Origin: Candidatus Omnitrophota bacterium
GTDB taxonomy: Bacteria > Omnitrophota > Gorgyraeia > Zapsychrales > JAKLDJ01
NCBI GenBank assembly: GCA_022703585.1
Contig: JAKLDJ010000001.1
Span: forward strand, 310,891 to 374,890
DNA length: 64,000 nt
Direction: 5' to 3'
Below the pieces are notes generated by a model, which was not told the DNA's origin, searched no databases, and saw nothing but the letters and a program-made list of their open reading frames with translations. Of the stretch, positions 43,001-55,000 are shown piece by piece. The translations under genes were made by a program, and so were the position numbers. Each line of letters begins with the position of its first letter. The first letter of the stretch is position 1.

Positions 43001-46000
43001 CCGGTTACGTACCCTGATGGTCGCCTCGCCAAATGCCCTGTCCCCCGGGGTAATAGCAGCGTAAGACACCATGGAGGCATCTTGTACAGGCTGTTGAGCC
43101 CTCAGTTCAAGATTACCGATAAGAGGATCTTTTTTGCTTTTAACGTTCTCGATAACCCCTGCTTGAATAGCTTCAAATTCTTCCTGATTACCGGAACCGC
43201 TATAGTCCCGCTCTACCAGAAGGTGATTTTGTAATTCTTCCGGAGAAGAATTTTCAATCGCATCTGCCCCCAAAACATACTTAACAACAATGGGTTTACC
43301 GCCAAGAATGAAATAGAAATAGGTCGTCGCGGGATAGCCTGAAGTTTCCCTGATGACGATCGTCGAAATCGGGGCATGCCACTTGAAGCCGTATTCGGCA
43401 AATTCAGCCTGCAATAAATCGTGTATTTCTTCAACGCCCATCCCTTCCCGATTCAACGCCTCAAGGCGCAGAAAGATTTTTTTAAGAAAATCATCTGACT
43501 CAGAGGTAGTAATCGAACCAAATAACGGCGGAACAAAGGCAAGTACGGTGGCGGAACTAAGAGGCGTGCTAAAGAGGACGGTGGCAGCGAATAAGGCGGC
43601 AGCGATAATCAGGATAGCGGGCCCACCGCGGATACCGCCCTTCTTGGCCATCCAGTCGCGCACGGTTGAGGAAGCATCTTTGGTATTGCCTAATTGCCCC
43701 AGAAGCAGAATGGTCGGCATAATCATCATCGGCGCCAAATTCATCAAAGGCATGATGGCGTTTAGAGGCTCTTCGGGGGCTTTGGGCGCCTTGCCGGCCG
43801 GGTTGGCGGGCGCCTTCGGCGCAGCGGGCGTGTTGTCGACGGCTGGGCCTTTTTGGGTTAAAGGCGTGGTTTTGATGATTTCGAGGCGTTCGGGAGAATC
43901 AACGAACCATCTCGACTCATAATAATCCTCTATGTCATAATGTCCAACCTCAGGTTCATATCTAACTTCAAAATCATAACCTTGTTCTCGTATTTCTAAT
44001 GCTCTCTTCAAATAAAGATATAATAAAGAGGATCTATCCGTCGGTAAAGATTGCTGCATCTTCGCTAACACTTCAGAAACTAATTTGGCTTTTTTGCCGC
44101 CAATCGTAATTATAGATTCGGCAACTTCGAGAGAGGGTTCTTCCATCAACAAATTCCATAATGCTTCTTCTGCTATCTTATCTCCAGCTTGACCGCGAGC
44201 TATCAGCCTTCTCTTAGCTTCTGTCTTCTCTTCGGCAACCTTTTTCTCATGACGTCCAATGAGAGCACCAATGATATATATTACGGTAACGATAGCGGCA
44301 ATCACGCCCGCGATCAGCGGAAGGTCGGCGTGGACGGATGTAGAGCTGGGCCGAGTTTTGGGTAAATGTGACATTCGTGCATCATAAGTCTTAAATTCCC
44401 CTGTTTTTTCGTCAATAAGCGTCTGTGCAACTTCAGCTCGTGAAGCATTAATATCAGGAACCGTCTTCCAAATCAGGCTATTGGCCCAGGCAACGATTTC
44501 GGCTTTCAGCTTTTCTTGTCTTTTGTCAACCGGGGCTAAATCGACGCGCGACAAATCATTGCCGATGTTACTTACAGTTTGTTCCGGATTGTTGGCCAGG
44601 CCGGCAATAATAGCCTTGACTTCCTCCTGGGTTAACTCTAAGTCCTTTATTGGCCTGAAAAGATTTCTCTGGCGGCTAATCCTCCTAATAAATTCTTTAA
44701 ACCTGTCAGGATAATTCTTAACAAGATGCTCTAATGCTGATTCGCCCTTGAGGCCTAATTCTTTTGCCAAAAGACTGTCTTTTTGTGTAAGTAAATCCCA
44801 TTCATAAAAGCCGCCGTTTAAGAGCCGCATGACCGGCCAATGGGTGAATTTATGCAAGACAACAGAAAGGGCACGTTTTTCCTGAGCACTCGTAAGCTTA
44901 AGTTCATTAGCTATTTGATCCTCGGTATAGACAATAGTTTCCGTTTTGCCTTGAAGATGGTTGTATAACTTACGCGTTACTCCACTTTGCAAAAATCTTC
45001 CGCTCCTCACAAGGCCACGGATAACTTCGACTAAGGCAACCGCCCCTAAGCCACCCACGAACAATGTTAAGCTATTAAAATAAACGCCCACAGCCAATGT
45101 CAATACACCCACAAGAAGAGAAGAAATAATAAGCCTGCCCTTAACATTAATTGTCCTGGTTTTATCCGCCGCTTTTTCGCTGTCGTCTTTTTCTTTAGAA
45201 GATGAGAATCTGGATTTAACGGCTGGTATTATTTTCTTCATGGATGAGAGTCTGGATTTAACGGCTGGCATTATTTTCTTCATCTCCGGCATTTCGGGAA
45301 CATTGAAGTCACAGCCATATCTGTTGGCAATCTTTTTCATAATATCAAAAGAAGAATACCATCTATTTACCCAGAAACCTTTAGCCACATCAGCAAACAT
45401 TTCTCGGGAATTATTGTCAATAGAAAATCTCAAGGCCAACGGAAGAATCACGGTTACGTCTCCCAAGCCAAACATAACAGCCAAGGCAACAGTCAAGAAT
45501 CTCTCTATTGTTTTTTGGAATAAGAACGGCGCCGAGCGGGTATTCTTTGCGTTTGATATGCCAAGACCGGTAAGCATCGCATATATGCCGGCCATGGTAA
45601 AAAGGATAGCCGGATTAACCAAAGTAATGCCAGAAAACGCCATGCCTGCAAGAGCAAGCGTCATAACAAGCGGGCTTATCCAGTTCGTCCTGTGGTTAAC
45701 ATGAATAGCACGGGAATTAAAGAAGTGCGGCCCTACATCATAAGCAAACAAAAGAATGATATAGAGAACAGCGCTTACTAAGAATACCGCCGGATGATAC
45801 GGCGCAACAAAAATAACCAGCGGAAGAAGCGGGGTTGCGATCATCGGACCTATTCTCATGTAATTATAAATCTCTTTGGCGTCTCTTCTGTTAACAGCTG
45901 TTATGCGTGCCGCCATAATAAACACGTCTTTACCCTGGGTAGTATCTCTGGCCACGGCAAAGGCAAAGAGAGGATGCTGTGACGTAGAGAATACCGCCGC

Positions 46001-49000
46001 CGCAGGCTTAAACAAAAGGGCGTTGATAAACTTGAAGAAGCCCCAAGGCGCGCCATACTTGCTGTTCAATAATTTAATCAAGTTTTGTACGATAGAAAGG
46101 GCCAAGACCACGCCTGTCGCCACGAATGCCATGGCAAACGGGAAGGAGTGCGCCGGGTCAATAAATAATGCTAAAGCGAAGACTACAAAGGAAACAAGAT
46201 TGGACACAACCAAGAATTTCAGCCCCCAGAAACCGCCGGTGTTAAACAAATGGGTCCATTTCCATGTCTTCGGAGCTTGTGTACTCATATTAAGAAGCTG
46301 GCCTAACGAATCATGAATCATTTCATAGGCATCGCCGGCGTATTTTGCTTCCGTACCGTAGTCAGATTTGTAATCCGCTACTTTGGCGCCACCCATAAAC
46401 ATAGAATGGTTGTAGGCCACATTGATACCGAGACCTAAACCAAGAAGGGTCAGGGTCAAGTCTTCCGCGTTTCTCGATAAAGGCGAGATACCGTACATTT
46501 GTTCGTATTCTTCCTTATGCATGTATTTACCGTATTCTCCGACCTGACCGGTTTTATTCATGAAAGACTGAACCATCATAGTCCAGTTGGACTCATTAAA
46601 ATCTTTTACTCGGGCGACATCAGAGAGGTATTTATCAGCCACATACATCGGGAAAACCAGGCCCATGACATTTTTGCGGGAAAGCTCGTCCACGTTGTTG
46701 ACAATCCAGAATCCTTCTTCCGGTTTTACCTCCATAATAGCGTCATGGCGGATAGAAACGTCGTAGCGGTAACGGGCAAAATTGGCGATAAGGGTTGCCT
46801 TAAAGATTGCTGTCATTTCCGGCATACCGGAAATACCTTTACGAGAGCCAGTATGCGGCTGCCCCTCATTGGCCAAGCGGGAATAAAAGAATCTGTTTTC
46901 CGGACGATCTCCAATATACGTATTTGATACCGCCCCGCCCAATCCAAATTGTTGATATACAGCATAGACAATAAACTTCTTAGCAACTAATTCATCGTAG
47001 TACAGGTCAAATAAGAGGAATTGTTTTTCATCACCGCCAATGGCAGCAAGAACAACCGGTCGCTCTTCTTTTTCATTTAACAATATAAGTGGTAACCATC
47101 CAGTACGTTTTACCGTTCCGGCCAATTCATCGATTCTCGCCTTTGCAATACCAGCGTCTTCTCCAGCGTTTTTCAAAACCTCAAGAACCTTCTCAGCTAA
47201 CGCTCTTCTCGCATTGCCCGTGGAGAGAGGTCCATAGAGTTCTTTTAATTTCTGATATTCTTCATTATAAAAACTATATTCGGCAACATTTCTAAATCCG
47301 GACGCCTCTTCCTTGAATCCTTCCAGCGTACGATATATTGTATTCATTCGCATGTTTGCCCAATGGATGATCTGCTCAATAACCCATTCGCTTCTTACCT
47401 TTCCAAGATTAGCTTCCAGCTTCGCTCGTAAAATCTTGCCCTCCAGCTGCGTTTCAAACTTGGCATTTCTGACCAGGACCCTTACTTCTGCTTCCAACCC
47501 ATCCTCGTCACCAGCAACACTTAAAAGTTCGAAGGTGTCGGCAAATCTTTCCCATTCATACGGGAATCGATGAACAACCAGGTTGTTAATTTCTGTAGGA
47601 TAAACCGTCTTAGTTTCATCCCAAGCCGCTTGTTCTTCTTGGCTGAGCAAGAGGAATTGTTTTTCCATATCAGTAATAGCGCTAAATATGGCTGTGCGTT
47701 CAGTTTTCGTTAATGCTGCAAACGGCAACCATCCTATATGTTCTATTGTTACGGCTAACTCATGAATTCTTTTCTGTCCAATACCGGCTTCTCTTAAAGC
47801 ATTAAGAACATTTTCGGCTAACGTTTTCTTCGCATCACCGTTAATGTCAAATTCGAGGAATTGTTTTTCCGTATCAGTTATAGCGCTAAAAACAGCTGTG
47901 CGTTCTGTTTCCGCTAACAATGTAAGCGGCAACCATCCGGTATTTCTTATTTCTTCTTCAAGCTTATTAACCCTTGATTTTTCAATACCGGTTGCTTTCA
48001 AAGCCTTAAGAACCTTATCAGCTAACGCTCTTCTCACGCTATCACTTGCCGGTCTCTTTGCCGCGGTCCAATTGATAAGGCCAGGAATACCCTTTATCTT
48101 TTCTGATACCTTCTCCCTATCATAGCTGTACATGAAATTTTCGTCCCAGCCGGCATGATAAAGCGTCATGACCGGCCTTTCGGTCCATTGCCTAAAGGCT
48201 TCCGGCGTATCCAAATTGTAGAATGCACCCAAGATTCTTCTAAGGCTGTCGGCAAATTTCTCATCGCTTCCTTTGGGGGTAACCACTTCGAATCGTAGCA
48301 GCCTATTTCTTTCCTCTCTACTCATTGTATTATTGCCGGCCCTGGCCAAAGCGGTAATTTTATCTGCCCAGTATTCTTTAGCGCGGGCTTTCTTGGTTGC
48401 CTCTTGGTCCCCAAATCCCTTAACGCTAAAATTATTAAGATGCGCGTTCTGATAAATTCCGATCATGCGCGTTTGTCTCCAGGCGAAGAGCCCCAAGACA
48501 ACCGCAATAATAACCGGAATAAACATTGTTGCTGTTCCGGTAGCCGAAGCTGTCAACGCGGCAAAGTTGACAACGACATATCCTCCGCCGATAAGAGCTG
48601 CCGTCGCGCTAAATATACTGAGAATCCAAACAGCCGCCTTGTACCCTTTGGTCGAAACTGTCTTACCGTTTAATGCTGCTTCCACAGCCTTTATGGCATG
48701 CGGTATTTCAAAATTATACTGGATATAGAAGCGGCGTTTTTCTTCAATCACTTTCTTGTTGATTATCATCTGACCGATATACATACCGCCGCGAATCATA
48801 AAGAGGAACGATAGCCCCAGGATGATATGCGCCGGAATGGCAATCAGTGGAAGAAACTTCCATAAGTTTTCCAGGCCAATCAATCCGGAAACCTGGGCCA
48901 ACATCGGCATGCTGAAGAACCAGGAGAAAACAGGAATCATTACATTAACCAGGGCCGGCCAGGATAAGGCGTATTTGCCATTAGCAATTTTGTCTAAGAA

Positions 49001-52000
49001 AATCTGGCATACGAATACGCCGGCAATCGCCATTAACCCGGTTAACCAGAGCGGCAGTCCGAATAGGGCATTAACACCAACGAATATTCCCATGCTAGTG
49101 ACAAAGGTTCCGATTTCCTGAAGTTTAGGTATTATGCGACCAAATTTTAAATAATGCTTGGTGCCGAATTCATCAGCTTCTCTCATTGCTTTCGGCCAGG
49201 TCCTCTTGGTTTCTTCCGAAGCCTGGTATTTGCCAGTATTAATTATCTGGTCCAACATGCCGTCAAAGAACCCGACCGGCTGCAACAAAGACTTAAATTT
49301 CCTGTATTCATCAGTCTCTTGTCTCGCTAATAATCCTGATCTTACGAGTTTTAATGCCAACAAAGACAACAGGATAAGCGCTGCGGTAGCAATCGTATTT
49401 AATGAAATACCGAAAGGTAAAATACCAAAATACGATAATGCCGCCGCCGCAAACCAGAGGATTAACGATGCTATTAAAGATTTATATTCAAAGAAATCAA
49501 TCGCACGCTCAGTTGCCCTCTTCCAGTTGATAAACTTGGTCGGCCGGGTAAATACCGGGAAATTGCCCTCGATAAGGCTCTTCCTTAAGATAGGCCAGAA
49601 CTTTCTATCGACGATTTCCTGGATAATCGTGTTATGCAAAGTAGGATTATTTTCACGGCTAATCTGGAATACCTTGCGGATAAATTTATATGCATCGGGA
49701 AAAGAGAGTTCTTTTAATGACTCTACTGATTTTAACATTTCCTCCAAGAGGGAAATTTCTCTCTCCAGCGATTGTTTCTTTTTGTCATCCTGTTCTTCCA
49801 CCAACTTCTTTCTTAAATTTTGTAATATCGGTGAAAATGCTTTAAAATTATCCGTTATCTTTCTCAAATCTTCCAACGTTAATCCGGCCGCTTGTAACGG
49901 CTCATCATAATCAAAGGTTTGCAGAATACGGGTTAAGAAAAATTCTTCAAAGTAAATGCGCCAAATCCAATTATCTCCCGCTCCTTTCCTGATTTTTCCG
50001 GAAATTTGGTCATACTGAACGCCAAGGATGTAAAGGATATTGGAGCCTTGATTAACAGCTTCAGGTATTAACTCCGCTGGCTTATTATTTTGGTCTAATT
50101 CTGCGGCCAATTTCATTAAATGCCTTGTCCAGGCGATTTGACACTGCAGGTTACCGCTGAAGAATTTCAACATTTCTCTTAAAAAGGCCTCTTCCAGAGG
50201 AATTTCGACCCAACCCTCGTATGCCTTAATGCCTTCTGCTTCAAGGCCTCTAATCTTTTCTTCCAATATCCTCTTTTTATTTTCATCTTTTTCCATTTCC
50301 AAACTTTCCTTCAGCACGGCTAAAATTGCCTGTTTGTGACCGCTATCGGCACGGGCACGCTCAACTTTCATCCAAAGGCCGTTATTCCATGAAGCCGGCA
50401 TGGCTGTTACATTTCTTGAATCCTGATAACCCCAAACCTGTTCGCTGGCTTCTGTTTCATCGGCCAAACGGGTAATCAATTGGGCAATCAGTTTATTAAT
50501 CATGTAATCCAAAACATTAACAGCCCTATTCCCGCGCAGGGTATTACTCTTGTCAATAACTTGTACAGTTATGCCCCCGATTTCCCAAGTGCCTTCTGTT
50601 TTATAGGCTAATCCTCTCCTAGCGGCCATTTGTAAAAATATCGGGCGGTAAATAACAGCGACCATCTGTTCAAAAATCATGGCTCCGATTGCATCCATAT
50701 TCATTGCTGATGGAATATCTGTCCTGGCGTTTATCGCCCTGATTGTATCTTTTAAAGCTTCGAGCGGCTCCGGAACCTTAGTAAACCCTTCTGCTCTCGC
50801 CTTAATAGCATCTGCAAGGACTTTCTTCAAACCTTTAGCAACGTTTTTGATTGTTGACGGATAAAAGACATCTATAACCTGCTCGGCTGCTGTGATGTCT
50901 CTTGCTGAATCAATATTTCTCATAAATTCCGCCAAGCCTTTTATCTCATCGGACTTGGAAGGAATGGTACTTGTTCCCGCTGTTTTTGTACTGTCCTCTT
51001 TCTTGGAGGTTTTTCTTAACAATTTATATAGCCAGGCAAACCAGGCTAATAATATCGCCGCGCCGACAATCATAACAACCGGCTTTTGAGCGCTTCTTCG
51101 GGTATCTTCATATCCGTTAAGAAGCGCCTCTCGTCTCTGGTTGGCCTCTTGAAGGTCTTGTGAATCCCCTTTGAGCTGTTTATTGTGGCCGTTGACATAT
51201 CCCTGAATATTCGAATCATCAGTTTCCTGATGTTCTATGCCGGCCATGCGCTCATAAGCCCTGACGGCTGAATCTTTAAAGTGACGCGTATATTGAGCAA
51301 ACCAGCTGTTGCGCCCGAAGCGGTCGTAGGCTTCAGGGCTGTATCCGCCCTTGACGTCATCGGTTGCGGCACGATAATCCGGCAAGCCCTGGACATCTTT
51401 TGTTTCTTCGCGGAATTTATTCCAGTTGATTCTGATAAGTTTTCCGTTAAAGTAGGTTCTCGGCACAACACCCTTGAAATCAAAAATCCAATCAGGATGG
51501 CTCTCTTTATATGCCCTGTAATCCGACAATAGCTTCAAACCCTGGGGTGTCGCATCGATTTCGTAGATATCAACAACGCCCTGCAGATACGCGTTCTCAC
51601 CATTGGCCATAACTATTTCTCTCGGAACCGCAATGGCGACCTTGTGAGGCTGTTCCTGGGATAATTTGACACCAAATTGATTCTTGATAATTCCCGTATT
51701 GCTGGGAACTTCGTAATCGTTATAGTAGAGCCTTTGTTCCTGAGGTTCAAAACCAACGCCGCCGTAGGTGTTATAGAGAAGGCGGCCGTCTCCTAACCTC
51801 AAGGCCATCTTCTTTAAAGTGCGCTCACCTTGTTTGGGACGCCGGTCGACAACCTTGTATTCCAAGATCGGTTGGCCCTGCGGCCCTTTGACAACCTCTA
51901 AGTCCGACGAATGGGCAACCCAGTTACCATCGAAGACTCTGACTGAAACATCATTCTTAACCACGACCTGGCTATAGGCATTGATGTCTTCATCGACATT

Positions 52001-55000
52001 TCCTTCTGCGTCAAACTTAACATCGTAAGCGTAGCTCCCGCCGCCAAGGCCCATCTGGGTTAAGAATTCGGTTCCTAAATATTCTTCGGCGGTATTATTA
52101 TTGTAATCGACAAAACTGATGGTGCGCGGCGTGCCGTCCGAGAATTGGGTAACCGGGTTAATGTGGTTGTAGGCCTCGACACGGGCAAAGAGATTGCCTT
52201 CGGCATTCTTGATTTCCTTGTAGGATTTTTCCACAAACTTAAAGTGCTTAATCAGGCTTCTGTTGGCTGCCAGATAATCATAGTTTGTATACGCCGGGTC
52301 GTTCATAACAATATGATCCGGCAAGATTAAGGCATCCGGCCGAAGAGCCTTTTTGACCATGTAGCTGACATAACCCGTTGTGTCATCAATCCGTGTTGAG
52401 TTGGCATAGACATAACCGTGTTCGTGGCCTAAGGAGTCGGAAACCGTAACCAAGGAGTACTGGGCAATGCCGTAGCGGCCGACATCTTTCTCGTCATGGG
52501 CATCTAACGGATCGAAAGAATAAAAGCTGTAGAATTTAAGGTCGCCGGGGCGCATTTCAAACTCACCATTTTGGTTACGGTGGCCAGCCCATCGCTCGAT
52601 AGTGCGACCCTGCGTTTCTTTAATCTCCTTGGTGTCGATAGCGGCTAACAGATTATTGGCCCAAATCTCCGCGTGCCGCAAGGAAACTATCCTGATGGAA
52701 TTTTCCTTAAGCAATAAATCTGTCAGGCGTGAACGGCTGATCGCGCCGGTATTGTCATTCAAAAGATGATTTTGACCGTCAACTAATAATTTCTTCTGTC
52801 CATCCGGTTGCAGCATATAGGTCTCAACCAGCGTGGCAATATCCAAAAGCCTTAAATATTCTCTTGAATACTCTTCCCGGTTTGATTCGGCAATAAAGTC
52901 GCTGTAGCCTAATTCCTCCACGCCGCGAGGCCGGAAAGATGCTCTAATGGTTTTTAGCAAGTCCTCCCTTTGTCCGATCGTCGTCTTTTGCAAATCCGTT
53001 AAGGTCGCAAGCGTAATCTCGGTGCCATCGCCGTAGGTACCTTTTTCTTTTTGCTCAAGAATACCATTTTCTGCGCCGTTTCGTATTTCGGCAAAATAGA
53101 GTTCGGGGCGAATCATATCTCTTACGATGTAAACCTTGCCTTCGGTCATACCATTGCCTAAAATCCGCAGAGGATCCTGCTTGCTCACTAAAATACCGAC
53201 CGAACGGATTCGGCCGATGGTTCCCGTGACTATATCCCCTTGGCTAAAGTCATAATCATAATCAACGCTACCGACCTCTTGATTTTGAATATCTCTTAAG
53301 ATAAATCGTATGCGGTTCATAGCCGAGTTAATCTGGATGAGCTCATCACCGGTGTTGGTGTCAAAGATAGAAACCCAGCCCTTCAGAGGCATATAGTCAG
53401 CCATGCCTGTGCCTCTCACGGCGGTGATGTCGTAGACCTGCGGCCGATATTCATTCTGATAGGAAAGTCCGGTGACAATAGCCTCAAACCCTAATTGCTT
53501 AACTTTCGGTATAAGATTCGCAATCAAGCGTTCCTCATTCGATGACCAGCGATTACCCAGGTAAGCAAATTCAACGCTTTGATCATTCAAGGCTCCAGCG
53601 ACAAACGTCTTTTGGCCTACTTTATTGCCGGTTAGGTGACCTTTGACATCATCGGCATAAATCGGCACGTCGAATACCGTGACAACACCCAATGGTCTGT
53701 TGAAGAGGTTTGTGATTGCTAACGGCTGGCCTTTAACGGGCTTAATAATACCGTCTTCTAATCTTTGGGAATGAGAAAGAACCCAAGGCTTACCCCTTGA
53801 GCTCATGAGAGTCACATTGAAATAAACACCTTGGTAATCTTCCAAGGCATTCGTAAAATCAATGGCCGTAATTCTGCTCACCTGGTCATCAACGGCAATA
53901 GCACCAAGATTGGACTCTCTGTTAAAGGCATCGGTCCACTTGACTTCCAGAGAATTTCTGTCAAGGCGCCCTCTCTCGACCATGTAGTACTTGTTAAGAT
54001 GCTGGATAACTTCACCGTTAGGAATCCTGATGGCAACTCCGTCTCGATTGAGCAGATCCCGATCATACTGAGGTGTGTTGAACCCGGGTTGGCTCAAATC
54101 AAATCTGGTTATTGTCTGTTTATCGTAATTGATCTCTCTGATCAAAATGTCGCTATTTCTGACATACGTCCTCGCGGCCTCCAAAATCAATGAGCGGTCT
54201 ACAGGATTAATCCTGTAGGTTTCGGCGACAGTAACAGGTATACCGGTTTCTGCATCGACGCCGGCATTATGACTCTTGACGATTCTCACGGTTTGCCCGT
54301 CAGAATTAACCAGGCGAGAATTAACCGGTGCGTTGCTTTGACCAAGCCAGCTGTCGACTACCTGCTGATAGGATCCTATTAAGGGGGGCTGATCAAGCTC
54401 AATGCTATTGACCGTTGACCGCGCGTAATAACCGGCATTAATAATAGGATAGTTTTGAAGGCCGGTATAACCGCCCCAAACAGCCGTTGTCGTCACCGGA
54501 AGCTGTTTGTCGGCGGTGGGCGTGCCAATGGTCTTATTGAACGTGGTCACGACCTGCCCGTTATGCAGATAATCGACGTGAGCAGACGTCCTTCGGTTAG
54601 TGCCGGAATAATATTCCACATAGTCTTGCACGGTAATACGGCCCGTGGTATTACCGTCCCGGTAATTAAAGTTCCTGATTCCGGTAACCGGACGGTTCTG
54701 CGCGTCATACATCTGGGTGAAGACTTCGCCTTTAACGAAATCGCTAATCCGGGCGGTTAAGCGGCCGTCTTTCCAAACATAGTGATCGGCGGTGCGGTTC
54801 TTTCCATTGGTCCTGGTGTTAAAGACATCTCTTTCAAATTCATAGCCGCCGCGATAATGAGGAACCTGGCGCTCGTTGCTGCTGTCGGTGGCCTCGCGTA
54901 ACAAGCCGTAAGCGTCAATGGTTTCCCGGACCCTCATCGAGGGTTCGCTTAAGTAATCAAAATCTTCTCTGTTATTTTCCCAAACCTTCTTCGCTTCGTC

